Below, one piece after another: positions 27,172-36,389 of a DNA stretch of 42,880 nt. Both the position numbers and the translations under genes were made by a program. Numbering within the stretch: position 1 is the first letter of the stretch; every line of letters starts with the position of its first letter. Source of the stretch: Phycisphaerae bacterium (GTDB taxonomy: Bacteria; Planctomycetota; Phycisphaerae; UBA1845; UTPLA1); assembly GCA_035557035.1 (NCBI GenBank), contig DATMEE010000257.1, positions 1 to 42,880 of the forward strand, in the 5' to 3' direction. The notes under the pieces were generated by a model that was not told the origin of the DNA, searched no databases, and saw only the letters and a list, made by a program, of their open reading frames with translations.

Positions 27172-28290
27172 ATGCGTAAGTATTTGATCGCCATGATTTT
27201 ACCGATATCGATGCTTTTCAGCGAGGAAGCCTTGGGTCAGAAAAAATCGGAAAGTCGTTCCAAGGCCCGAAAGTCAAGTCGGGACGATTCGGCTTTCCGA
27301 TCGCGCGTGAAGCGAAGCCGGCCGTCGGCATACAACACGCGCAGTTACGGCGGTCTCGACCTTCGAACCGAGCAGATCCGCCGGGCCATGCCAGCGGGAT
27401 TCAGCGGCGACCGGCTGGGGCTGCTCGCACCCTCGCAGCCGTTGATCGACCCCGTTTACGCATCACTTCATTATCGCAACCTGCTTCATGCGAGGTCGCC
27501 CCTGGCGTCGCGAAGCATGTCTCTGGTCGGCCGGCAGGATTACGTGATTCGGGATGGTGAGTGGGCCGGCGCGCTGAACTCGGAATTTCTGCCCTATCAA
27601 TCGGCGTTGGCGCGGACCGGCTCGGCCTTGGACGACGACGCCACCAAGCACCATGACCCCATTCCCACCGGCGCTGCGGGCCGAGACCTGGGCGGTCCTT
27701 CGCTGACTCCTTTGAACGACCTTCTGGAGGCCCGCATTCGCGAGCGGGCCGAGGCCTATCGCAGGCGTGGCGTGGAATATTTTCGGCAAGGCGATTACCT
27801 GAGTGCCTCGCAGTATCTCGAACTACATAAATACTCGAATCCGGACGATTCCCAGGCGTACGTCGCATTGCTGCTGGTCGCCTTTCAGCAGGAGGACGTC
27901 AACCAGACGATTGTCTGTCTGACCCATGCTCTTCAGCGGATGACTCGGTTGGAGGACGTTTGGCTCGACTGGCGGGAATTCTACGAGGACGGCGATGCGT
28001 TTGCCGCGAATCTGGAGCGGTTGTCCATCGCCGCGCGAGGCCACGGAAGTTCGCCGCATTCGAGTCTGATCGTCGGATACTTTCAATGGATTCACGGCGA
28101 CATATCCGAGGCACTCGTCTACATCGACATCGCGTTGACGGGCTTTGACGCGCTGGCACGCGTCGAGGAACAGGAAAGCGGCCAAATCAGCGAGATCGAC
28201 CGGGCGGCCCATATCCGGCGGTTTCGCGATCTGCTCGCGGCGGAGAAACAGGCGGCGCCGGAGGCCGGGAATGGGGCGCCCTCCCGCTGA
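27172..28290 (+). CDS. Secreted hypothetical protein with a TPR-like helical C-terminal half
   Basis: I prefer ATG 27172, with AGGAG about 11 nt upstream. It gives the signal peptide MRKYLIAMILPISMLFSEEALGQ. The helical repeats include RRRGVEYFRQGDYLSASQYLELHKYSNPDDSQAYVALLLVAF. Confidence 0.6.
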   Translation: MRKYLIAMILPISMLFSEEALGQKKSESRSKARKSSRDDSAFRSRVKRSRPSAYNTRSYGGLDLRTEQIRRAMPAGFSGDRLGLLAPSQPLIDPVYASLHYRNLLHARSPLASRSMSLVGRQDYVIRDGEWAGALNSEFLPYQSALARTGSALDDDATKHHDPIPTGAAGRDLGGPSLTPLNDLLEARIRERAEAYRRRGVEYFRQGDYLSASQYLELHKYSNPDDSQAYVALLLVAFQQEDVNQTIVCLTHALQRMTRLEDVWLDWREFYEDGDAFAANLERLSIAARGHGSSPHSSLIVGYFQWIHGDISEALVYIDIALTGFDALARVEEQESGQISEIDRAAHIRRFRDLLAAEKQAAPEAGNGAPSR

Positions 28291-28356
28291 CGCATTCGGC
28301 AGGCAGGAAATCGAGCGAGCGTCGGTTGCAGGGAACAGAAGCGAGCGGTTCAATCC

Positions 28357-30372
28357 ATGTCGGACGCATCATCACCCGCCTTGTCTGTGCCGCGCAAAGG
28401 AATTCTTCGCTATCGCGACGCGCTGTCCTGGCTCATTCACATCTTGCTTTTCGCGGTGGCGCTGTTCATCGCGTTCGGACTGTACTTTAACTTCCGGCGC
28501 TTCGACGAGTGGTTCTTTCCCTACTATCTGCGCCTTATCGTGCCGGTCGTGTTGATCAAGACGGCCGTGTTCTGGCGGATGAACTTGTTTCGCGGCACGT
28601 GGCGGTACGTCGGCATGCGCGATCTCGGCGCGATCACGATGGGGAGCCATGTCAGCACGTTCTTTTTCGTCGTGCTTTTCTTCACGGTCGCGAAGATCTT
28701 TCCCGAGTTCCTCGATCACCCCCGGTTTCAATTTCCCCAGTCGGTCTTTTTGCTCGACTGGGGCACGACCATCGGCGTGGTTTGCGGCGCCCGCCTGCTC
28801 GTACGGCTTTATCACGAGGAGGTGCGGCACGTCGCCTCGTCGGGCAGCCGCCAATGCCTGATTCTCGGCGCGGGTGACACAGGCGAGGCATTGCTCCGCG
28901 AGATTCTGCGCATGCGCGTGGAGCGCTACGTCGTGGTCGGCTTTCTCGACGACGACGCCGCCAAGCAGAGCGCCCGCATTCACGGCGTGCCCGTGCTGGG
29001 CCGCATCTCCGAGGCCCGGGCTTTCTGCGAGCGCTACCAGATCGAGGAACTCTTGCTGGCCATGCCCAGCGCTCCCCAGAAGACGCTGCGAAAAATCGTC
29101 GAGCAGTGCGCGGGCATGAACGTCCGCTTCCGCACCGTCCCTTCGATGGAAGCGCTGATCGAGGGCAAGGTCGCCGTCTCGCAGGTCCGCGACGTAAACA
29201 TCAAGGACCTGCTCGGCCGCGAACAGGTCGAGCTCGATCAGCACAAGATCAGCGAGCAGATCCGCGGGCAGCGGATCCTTGTGACCGGCGCGGGTGGGTC
29301 GATCGGTTCGGAGCTTTGCCGTCAGATATGCCGCTTCGAGCCTGCTCGCCTCATTCTCGTCGAGCAGGCTGAGAACAACCTCTTCGACATCGACCGCGAG
29401 CTTCAGGATCACTTTCCCGGTGTCTCGCTGGTCTGTTACGTGGCGGACATCATCGATGCGAAACGCGTCGATCACATCATCGCTTCCGAGACGCCGTCAG
29501 TCATCTTTCACGCGGCCGCGCACAAGCACGTGCCCATGATGGAGATCAACGTCGGCGAGGCAATCAAGAACAACGTGCTGGGGACGAAGGTCGTGGCCGA
29601 CGCCGCCAGGCGGCACGGCGTCACCCAATTCGTGATGATCTCGACCGACAAGGCGGTGAACCCAACGTCGGTGATGGGCTGCACCAAGCGCGTCGCCGAG
29701 ATGTACATCCAGCAGCTCCGTCAGGGCGGAAACACGCGGTTCATGACGGTGCGCTTCGGGAACGTGCTCGGATCGAGCGGATCGGTGATTCCCATCTTTC
29801 AGCGCCAGATCGCGGCGGGGGGGCCGGTGACCGTCACGGACGCGAACATGACGCGATATTTCATGACGATTCCCGAAGCGTCGCAGTTGGTCATGCAGGC
29901 CGGCGTGATGGGTCATGATGGCGACATCTTCGTGCTGGACATGGGCGAACCGGTGAAGATCGTGGACCTGGCCCGCGAAATGATCACGCTGAGCGGCTTG
30001 CGGCCCGGCGATGACATCGAGATCAAGTTCACCGGGATTCGCCCGGGCGAAAAGCTCTACGAGGAGCTGAGCGTTCGCGGCGAGGACATGGGCAAGACGA
30101 CGCACGAGAAAATCTATGTCTGGCGAAATCGAAAAGAGGACTGGGCGCGCGTATGCCGGCTTATCGGCGAGCTGATTGCCTCGGCGGATGATGCTGGCCC
30201 GGACGGCCTTCGCAAGCGGCTTGTGGATCTCGTGCCGGAATACAAGCCGGAAGCTCTCGCCAGGAAAAGTAGCCAGGACGGCCCGCTAAAGACCCGTTCA
30301 ACGTCGCCAACCGATCGCGAATCGAACGCCGGGTTAAGGGCCTTGCCGCTGGGCGACTCGCCGGTTGGCTAG
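28357..30372 (+). CDS. Membrane-bound polysaccharide biosynthesis protein, CapD/PglF/WbpM family (NDP-sugar 4,6-dehydratase/epimerase)
   Basis: There are four N-terminal TM segments and two Rossmann motifs (LILGAGDTGEAL and ILVTGAGGSIGSEL). Other matches are FHAAAHKHVPMME and ISTDKAVNPTSVMGCTKRVAE. Ends at TAG 30370-30372. Confidence 0.85.
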   Translation: MSDASSPALSVPRKGILRYRDALSWLIHILLFAVALFIAFGLYFNFRRFDEWFFPYYLRLIVPVVLIKTAVFWRMNLFRGTWRYVGMRDLGAITMGSHVSTFFFVVLFFTVAKIFPEFLDHPRFQFPQSVFLLDWGTTIGVVCGARLLVRLYHEEVRHVASSGSRQCLILGAGDTGEALLREILRMRVERYVVVGFLDDDAAKQSARIHGVPVLGRISEARAFCERYQIEELLLAMPSAPQKTLRKIVEQCAGMNVRFRTVPSMEALIEGKVAVSQVRDVNIKDLLGREQVELDQHKISEQIRGQRILVTGAGGSIGSELCRQICRFEPARLILVEQAENNLFDIDRELQDHFPGVSLVCYVADIIDAKRVDHIIASETPSVIFHAAAHKHVPMMEINVGEAIKNNVLGTKVVADAARRHGVTQFVMISTDKAVNPTSVMGCTKRVAEMYIQQLRQGGNTRFMTVRFGNVLGSSGSVIPIFQRQIAAGGPVTVTDANMTRYFMTIPEASQLVMQAGVMGHDGDIFVLDMGEPVKIVDLAREMITLSGLRPGDDIEIKFTGIRPGEKLYEELSVRGEDMGKTTHEKIYVWRNRKEDWARVCRLIGELIASADDAGPDGLRKRLVDLVPEYKPEALARKSSQDGPLKTRSTSPTDRESNAGLRALPLGDSPVG

Positions 30373-30402
30373 TCGATTCTTGATTCGCACTGGAGCCGCT
30401 CC

Positions 30403-30567
30403 TTGCGAAAACTCATCGTTCTTCTACTTTTCACGTTGGTAATCATCGCGATGGTAAGGCGCGTGTTCCGTCCTTCAAAGGCTGATTCCGCGACTTGCCC
30501 GGAATGCGGGCACGCGCTTCCAAATGCGGCGTCTCCGCGCTGTCCGGCGTGCGGTGAGAACATCTGA
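30403..30567 (+). CDS. Small (54 aa) TM + CxxC...CxxC zinc-ribbon protein, below the ORF-track cutoff
   Basis: TTG 30403 is preceded by TGGAG with 7 nt spacing. The translation is LRKLIVLLLFTLVIIAMVRRVFRPSKADSATCPECGHALPNAASPRCPACGENI*. The competing 98-aa minus-strand ORF 30369-30665 has no convincing protein features. It is in the same frame as the upstream CapD-like gene. Confidence 0.45.
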   Translation: MRKLIVLLLFTLVIIAMVRRVFRPSKADSATCPECGHALPNAASPRCPACGENI

Positions 30568-30663
30568 ACATATCTCTCCACTTCCTCCTGATCCATTGCA
30601 TTATCCGTCCTCAGATCGGTATGATGACAACCATTCACGTCATCGGGTAAGGAGATAGACATC

Positions 30664-32868
30664 ATGTTGATCCCGCAGAGAGCACTGCCACCGTGGCTGC
30701 TCGCCGCTTTATTGAATGCGGTTGCGTCGCCGCTCTTCGGCCAGACAACTTATGACTGGATCGACCCGGCCGGCGGCCTGTTTCAGGATGCCGGGAACTG
30801 GTCGCCGAACGGTGGTCCGCCTGGGAGCCTTGACACGGCGCGGTTCAATCAGAATGACTCATATATCGTTTCATTCAATGCCAGTCGAACCAACCAGTTT
30901 TTGCATGTCGCGCTCGACGATGTGTTGCTCGATCTCGGCGGCCATACCTACACGCTGACCGGCAACTATCCGACAGTGATTGTGGGAATGGTGCCCGGCG
31001 ACGTGAGCGTCCTCACGGTTCAGAATGGGACCTGGGTCACGAACTGGACGGCGCTCGCATTGGGCTGGCCCACCAGCCAGGCATTTCTGTTCCTGCCGGG
31101 CAACGTGACCTGGCAGAACAGCGGCGCGATCTACATCGGCGGGGCGGGGTTCGCCGAGGTTGAGGCCACCGACGGCGCGGACGTGACCTGCAGTTGGACT
31201 GCGGTAGGGGCCAGTGGTGGTGGCAGCGGCCGGCTTGAGGTGCTCGACGCGGGCACGACATGGACGTGCTCCGACAGCGTGATGGTGGTCGGCGGTGAAA
31301 GCAATGGAACCCTCATCGTGGCGAATGGCGGCCAAGTCGCGAGCGCGTGGGGCGAGATCGGGACCCAGGGCGGCGTGAGCGGGATCGCGACGATCGTCGG
31401 CGCCGGCTCCCGCTGGGAGATGCCGGGTTCCGTCACGGCCGTGGGCGGGAATGGCATCGGCATTCTGAGTATTGCGAATGGCGGACTCGTGACTTCCTCT
31501 TACGCATCGATGGGAGTCGAGGCCGGCGGCTACGGCAGCGTGAGCGTCTCGGGAGTCGATTCGGCCTGGAATATCGACACCAACCTCACGATCGGCCAGA
31601 GCGGCACCGGCGATCTGGATGTCGGCGTGAACGGGAGCGTCACGGCCGAGCGAGTGTTGATGACACTATTTCCCGGTTCGTCTGGAATCCTGACCGTTGA
31701 CGGGAACCTGGATATTGAGGCGGATGGGTCGTATCTCTACGTGGGCTATGCGGGAGCGGGAGAGGCGACGATTAGCGGGACGCTCACCGTGAACGATCCG
31801 GGTGGCACGGTCGGCGGTGATGATGGGTTTGCCATTGTTGGAAGTTCAGCGGGGGCGACGGGACTGCTTACCATTAACGCGGGCGGAACGCTTGATCTAT
31901 CGGCGCAGCTTCAGCTTGGCGCGCTGGCGGGCTCTCACGGCGAGGTGGTGATCAATGCCGGCGGTACGGCAGTCAGTCGTCTCGCGGCTTCGTCGCCATC
32001 CGGAGCCGCAGGGAACGTGGGCCGCGATGGCGTCGGAATCATGACGATCGCGGGCGGACTCTGGAATTGTCTGGACGCGGGGCTGAATATCGGATTCGGC
32101 GCGGGGAGCAATGGAACGATGAACGTCACGGACGGCGGGCAGGCGTTGAGTATCGGAGGCGGGATCGGTCGAGTCGCGGATGCGACTGGCACGGTGTTGA
32201 TTGATGGCGCCGGGTCCAACTGGACCAGCAGCGCTCCCATTAACGTCGGCGTCGGGGGAACTGGCGCTTTGACGGTTGTCGGTGGCGGATTCGCTGAGGC
32301 GCCTGAGATCGTGATCGGCGCGGGCGGTGTGGCCGGCGGAACTGGCACGCTGGACGGCGACGTGTCCAATGGCGGGTCGGTGCGGCCGGGCGACCGGCCG
32401 GGTCCGGGCGATGTCGGCACGCTGACGATCGACGGGGACTATACCCAAACCGAGGATGGGACGCTGGTCATCGATGTCGGGGGCGCGGCATCGGGGCAAT
32501 ATGATGTCCTCATGGCGGCCGGCGTGATCGACCTGGCCGGGACGCTTCAGGTGAATCTCGTTTCCGGCTTTCAGCCGTCTGGCGGCGAGCAGCTCGTCAT
32601 CATCGCCAACGGATTCGTGCTCAACTCCTTCGATGACGTGGTCAGTCCGGTCTACGTGAATGTCGCGGCGCAGGAAACTTTCGTCGTGCTGACGTTCTGC
32701 CCGACGGCCGACGTGAACTGTGATACGTTCGTGAATCAGTTGGATGTTGATCTGTTCGTCGCGGCCCTCTTGACCGGACAAGCCTGCGATGCCTGTGACA
32801 TCGATGGCGACGAAGCGGTCGATGGTGGCGATGTTCAACCGTTCACGCAAGCATTTCTGGCGCCCTAA
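30664..32868 (+). CDS. Secreted beta-helix-type repeat protein (autotransporter-passenger-like Gly/Thr/Val repeats) with a C-terminal dockerin/EF-hand-like module
   Basis: ATG 30664 is preceded by AAGGAG. The signal peptide is MLIPQRALPPWLLAALLNAVASPLFGQ. A unit is reiterated, of the type L-I-x-NGG-x-V...G-x-G-x-x-x-V-x-G-x-GS-x-W. The tail ADVNCDTFVNQLDVDLFVAALL...CDIDGDEAVDGGDVQPFTQAFLAP has two Ca-binding-loop-like DxDxDG motifs. Confidence 0.8.
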   Translation: MLIPQRALPPWLLAALLNAVASPLFGQTTYDWIDPAGGLFQDAGNWSPNGGPPGSLDTARFNQNDSYIVSFNASRTNQFLHVALDDVLLDLGGHTYTLTGNYPTVIVGMVPGDVSVLTVQNGTWVTNWTALALGWPTSQAFLFLPGNVTWQNSGAIYIGGAGFAEVEATDGADVTCSWTAVGASGGGSGRLEVLDAGTTWTCSDSVMVVGGESNGTLIVANGGQVASAWGEIGTQGGVSGIATIVGAGSRWEMPGSVTAVGGNGIGILSIANGGLVTSSYASMGVEAGGYGSVSVSGVDSAWNIDTNLTIGQSGTGDLDVGVNGSVTAERVLMTLFPGSSGILTVDGNLDIEADGSYLYVGYAGAGEATISGTLTVNDPGGTVGGDDGFAIVGSSAGATGLLTINAGGTLDLSAQLQLGALAGSHGEVVINAGGTAVSRLAASSPSGAAGNVGRDGVGIMTIAGGLWNCLDAGLNIGFGAGSNGTMNVTDGGQALSIGGGIGRVADATGTVLIDGAGSNWTSSAPINVGVGGTGALTVVGGGFAEAPEIVIGAGGVAGGTGTLDGDVSNGGSVRPGDRPGPGDVGTLTIDGDYTQTEDGTLVIDVGGAASGQYDVLMAAGVIDLAGTLQVNLVSGFQPSGGEQLVIIANGFVLNSFDDVVSPVYVNVAAQETFVVLTFCPTADVNCDTFVNQLDVDLFVAALLTGQACDACDIDGDEAVDGGDVQPFTQAFLAP

Positions 32869-32938
32869 CTAACATTACAACGCTAATCCAGAACCTAGGA
32901 ACGCCGATCAGATGCTTGACATGCGACATCTCGACTAT

Positions 32939-33040
32939 TCCGCCGCTCCTTCGGAGCGGACTGAATCAGGCGCCCCAAATTCACGGGTTCCGCTTCGCTC
33001 CACCCGTGGCTAAAGCCCGTCGCTCCGTCGGAGCGAAGAC
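32939..33040. repeat. Copy 2 of the ~100-nt structured intergenic repeat
   Basis: It aligns with 16552-16655 and contains three hairpins. These are ccgctcc-ttc-ggagcgg (32943-32959), cacgggt-N13-acccgtg (32982-33008) and cgctcc-gtc-ggagcg (33021-33035). Confidence 0.7.
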
Positions 33041-33150
33041 AGAGGGCGAGCGCGAACGTACGCCGGGCGAATTTGGAACATATCGGATAAACTTTTCCTG
33101 ACGATCGCCCGCCACCCGTCGAATGGCGGGCGCGTTCAGGAACTGCGCGC

Positions 33151-36100
33151 ATGTTTTCAAACCGTCCCCGACTGGACGGCACCTTGGTGGGCCTCGTCGT
33201 CACGGCGCTGTCCACCCTCGCGATGTTCCGGCTGGACCTGCTGCGCGAGCTGGAGCTGAAGGCATTCGACCTGCGCATGCGCTGGTGCAACGATCTCGCC
33301 GCCGCGACGCCCATCGTTCACATCGACATCGACGACGGGTCGCTGGAGCGCGTCGGGCGATGGCCGTGGGATCGGGATAAGACGGCCGACATCATCCGGG
33401 TGATTCACGAGCTGGGCGCGAAGAACATCCTGATCGATTTGCTCTTCAGCGAGTCGCAGGCCGATTACTACGACGATCCGGAAATTGGAAATGACTCGCT
33501 GGATGCGACTGCGACGGAGGTCATCGGCGTGCGTTCCGAGGCGAATCACGTCTATCCAGACCTGGAACTCGCTGCCGCAATTCGCGCGGCCGGCAACGTC
33601 ATTCTTTCCGTTCAAATGGAGACGTTGCTGCCGGATGCGCCGGACTCGCTCACGGAACGACTGATCCGCATGGGCGGACGAAGCACGGACGATCGCCGGG
33701 CCCCCGACTTGTCCGATTCCGATCCAAAGCGCGTTGAACGCGAATTGCTCCGGCTCCGAATGCGCGCGGCCTTGCAGGCCGACTTCACGCTCGATGAACA
33801 AGGACTGGCCAACGAGCTGCGCGCCACCCCGGCAGACGTTTCCGCCGTCTTCGCCGGCGTGAAGCGGCAGGTGGCTCAGGAGCTGGCGCTTCGCGAACTG
33901 AGCGCCGGGGACAAATCGCTGTCGCAGGTAAAGACAATTCTGCTTGGGGACAAGGCCGGTCTGATGAACGCGGACGCCCGCGATGTTGAAGACGCCTATG
34001 CATTTGCGAAACGCATGCTGGCCGTCGAAGCCGATTTGACGCTTCCGCGATACGAAATGTCGAGACGCCTGCCGCGTGCCACCGCGATCGTTCCTCCCGT
34101 CATCGAGTTGACTCGCGCGGCCGCCGACATTGCGGCGGTGAGCTTCGATTCGGACATCGACGGCCGGGTACGCCGAGTTCCGATTCTGATTCATCATCGC
34201 GGCCGGCTGGTTCAACACCTGGGTCTGGCCGCGGCGGCGCGGATACTCGATCTGGACATCGCGGCGGTCGAAATCGCCGACGAACGGACGCTGGTGATTC
34301 CCCGACGGAATGGCGATGCGCCGGTTCGGCTTCCGTTGGACGGTCGGGGCAATCTGATCATCAAGTGGACAAAGTCGGCGAAAGACTGGTACCGGGGGTT
34401 GGACTTTCCCCATGTTCCCGCTGCCAAACTTTGGGCACTGGCGGACGCGCGGCGGCAGATGCGGGACAACGATCGACGGCTCGGCTATCTCCTGGCGGAG
34501 GTCGTCGCGGCCGCGAAGGGAGTGGCCAGCCGGGAAACCGACCGCGGGACCGTCGCGCAGGCGGGGGATGAGGCCTATCGCGAAAGCGTCAATCGCTATC
34601 TCGATCTCGAGCACCGTATTCATCTCGCAGATCTGCACGATCGTTTGACCGCTCCTGAGGTGGCCGAGTGGCAAGTCGAGGCCGCGGCGCTACGCGAGCG
34701 GATCGACCGCGAGCACGAGGCCGCCGCGGGCGACGTCGAAGCCAATGCCGCCGATCTCGATGCGTTTTCGAAGGAGGAGATCGAGCAGGATGCCGAACTG
34801 AAGACGCTGGCCTCGCGGTTTTTTCCCGCGCGAAAAACTCTGCGCGAGGACGTTGCGGCGCTTCAGCGTGCAAACGAGAAGCTCGCGCGGTCCGTGGAAT
34901 CGCTGAAGGCCGAACTCTCCCCGCACATCAAGGACAAGCACGTTTTTCTGGGCTACGCCGCGACTGCCGAGGGTGACATCGTCGCGACGCCGATCTCGCC
35001 GCAGACCAACGGCGTCATGTGCCATGCCCAGGTGCTCAACTCGATCCTGCAACAGAGCTTCATCACCGTGCCGCCGGCGTGGTCGGGAATCCTCGTGTGT
35101 GTGCTGCTCGGGATCACCGCAGGGTTCATCACGGCGACGCGCGATCCGGTCTTTGCGCTGCTAGCCACATTGATCCTCGCCGGCATTTTTGCGGCGGTGA
35201 ACGCCATCGGGCTGTTTCAATGGATGGGCAGGTGGTCCGCCGCCGTGCCGGTGCTGCTGACGCTGTTCGTGGTGTGGGCGTTTGTGACGCTCTTTCGTCA
35301 GTTGACCGCCGAGCGCGACAAGCGGCTGTTTCGCAAACAGCTCAGCCAGTACACCTCCCCGGCCATCGCCGCGAAGATCGCCGAGAGTCCCGAGGCCGCG
35401 CGGGCATTCAAGGCCGTGCAGACCCGCGACATGACCTGCCTGTTCAGCGACCTGAAGGGTTTCACCGGAATGACCGAGCGCGAGGACGCCGAGGTCGTGC
35501 AGCACGTGCTCAACGTCTACCTGGAGCGGATGAGCCAGGTCATCTGGAAGCATCGCGGGATGATCAACAAGTTCATGGGCGACGGGGTGATGGCGATCTT
35601 CAACCCGTCGGTCGACCCGATTCCAGATCACTCCCGTGCCGCGTGCGAGGCGGCGCTGGATGCGATGTCGGAACTGGAGCGGCTCAAGCAGGAGCGGCGG
35701 GCGAACGGCGACGCGGCGCTTTTTTCGCAGTTGGAGATGCGCTTGGGCATCGCCTGCGGGCTGTGCAAGAACGGCGATCTCGGCTCGGAATTGAAGGCCG
35801 ACTACACGGTGATCGGCGACGTGGTCAACCTTGCGGCGCGGCTGGAGCCGGCCAACAAAGTGTTCGGCACGAGCATTCTGGTGAGCGGGCCGCTGCACGA
35901 GCGGGTGAAAGAGGCGTACGAGTTTCGATACCTCGCGGAGCTTCAGGTGAAGGGGCGGGCGCGGACGACGCCGGTGTATGAAGTGCTTGGCCGGCGGGGG
36001 GCCGTGGACGCGGCACTGGTCGAATACGCCCGCCGCTTCGAGGCCGGCGTTGAGCTGTATAAGCAGCGCAAATGGGATGAGTGCATCGTTCATTTCACGC

Positions 36101-36222
36101 GCATTCTTGCTCGCCGGCCGGATGACGCGGGGGCGAGCCGGTACATCGACGCGTGCCAGGAGTTAAAGACATTTCCGCCGGCGGAGGATTGGACGGGAAC
36201 GCTGGAACTGAAAGAGAAGTAG
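33151..36222 (+). CDS. CHASE2-sensor class III adenylate/guanylate cyclase with a C-terminal TPR-like tail
   Basis: CHASE2 hallmarks are ELKAFDLRMRW...VHIDIDDGSLERVGRWPWDRDKTADIIRVIHELGAKNILIDLLFSE. There is a cluster of TM helices around aa 640-720. The cyclase motifs are CLFSDLKGFTGMTE, INKFMGDGVMAIFN and GDVVNLAARLE. Confidence 0.85.
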   Translation: MFSNRPRLDGTLVGLVVTALSTLAMFRLDLLRELELKAFDLRMRWCNDLAAATPIVHIDIDDGSLERVGRWPWDRDKTADIIRVIHELGAKNILIDLLFSESQADYYDDPEIGNDSLDATATEVIGVRSEANHVYPDLELAAAIRAAGNVILSVQMETLLPDAPDSLTERLIRMGGRSTDDRRAPDLSDSDPKRVERELLRLRMRAALQADFTLDEQGLANELRATPADVSAVFAGVKRQVAQELALRELSAGDKSLSQVKTILLGDKAGLMNADARDVEDAYAFAKRMLAVEADLTLPRYEMSRRLPRATAIVPPVIELTRAAADIAAVSFDSDIDGRVRRVPILIHHRGRLVQHLGLAAAARILDLDIAAVEIADERTLVIPRRNGDAPVRLPLDGRGNLIIKWTKSAKDWYRGLDFPHVPAAKLWALADARRQMRDNDRRLGYLLAEVVAAAKGVASRETDRGTVAQAGDEAYRESVNRYLDLEHRIHLADLHDRLTAPEVAEWQVEAAALRERIDREHEAAAGDVEANAADLDAFSKEEIEQDAELKTLASRFFPARKTLREDVAALQRANEKLARSVESLKAELSPHIKDKHVFLGYAATAEGDIVATPISPQTNGVMCHAQVLNSILQQSFITVPPAWSGILVCVLLGITAGFITATRDPVFALLATLILAGIFAAVNAIGLFQWMGRWSAAVPVLLTLFVVWAFVTLFRQLTAERDKRLFRKQLSQYTSPAIAAKIAESPEAARAFKAVQTRDMTCLFSDLKGFTGMTEREDAEVVQHVLNVYLERMSQVIWKHRGMINKFMGDGVMAIFNPSVDPIPDHSRAACEAALDAMSELERLKQERRANGDAALFSQLEMRLGIACGLCKNGDLGSELKADYTVIGDVVNLAARLEPANKVFGTSILVSGPLHERVKEAYEFRYLAELQVKGRARTTPVYEVLGRRGAVDAALVEYARRFEAGVELYKQRKWDECIVHFTRILARRPDDAGASRYIDACQELKTFPPAEDWTGTLELKEK

Positions 36223-36338
36223 TGTTTGTTCCCCGAGGCATTGCGGAAGAAGCCAAAAATCACAGCGATAGTATCCCCACAATTTGCCCGTGAGAGTGTT
36301 TTGTGATATTATTAAGTTAGAAGCCTTCTCGACCGAAG

Positions 36339-36357
36339 CCCTACGCCCCGCGTAGGG
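36339..36357. terminator. Perfect 8-bp GC-rich hairpin between convergent genes (candidate bidirectional terminator)
   Basis: ccctacgc-ccc-gcgtaggg lies in the AT-richer spacer between the cyclase stop (36222) and the DUF3800 stop (36390). No clear U-tract on either strand. Confidence 0.3.
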
Positions 36358-36389
36358 TATTAGTAGGAAAGAGAGGGCTTTCTTTCTTT

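Noticed and set aside
28372-29475. 367-aa minus-strand ORF antisense to the CapD-like gene (also 29497-30105)
   Set aside because: The sense strand has Rossmann and SDR catalytic motifs. The antisense frames are stop-poor by GC bias only.
30369-30665. 98-aa minus-strand ORF between the CapD-like and beta-helix genes
   Set aside because: It has no RBS, odd composition, and would run antisense through the SD/ATG of the 30664 gene. The plus-strand 54-aa TM/zinc-ribbon ORF explains the region better, though neither is proven.
33157-34674. 505-aa minus-strand ORF antisense to the CHASE2 cyclase (also 35161-36093, 310 aa)
   Set aside because: The sense strand carries clear CHASE2 and cyclase motifs. 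The antisense translations are Arg/Gly/Pro-rich and non-protein-like.
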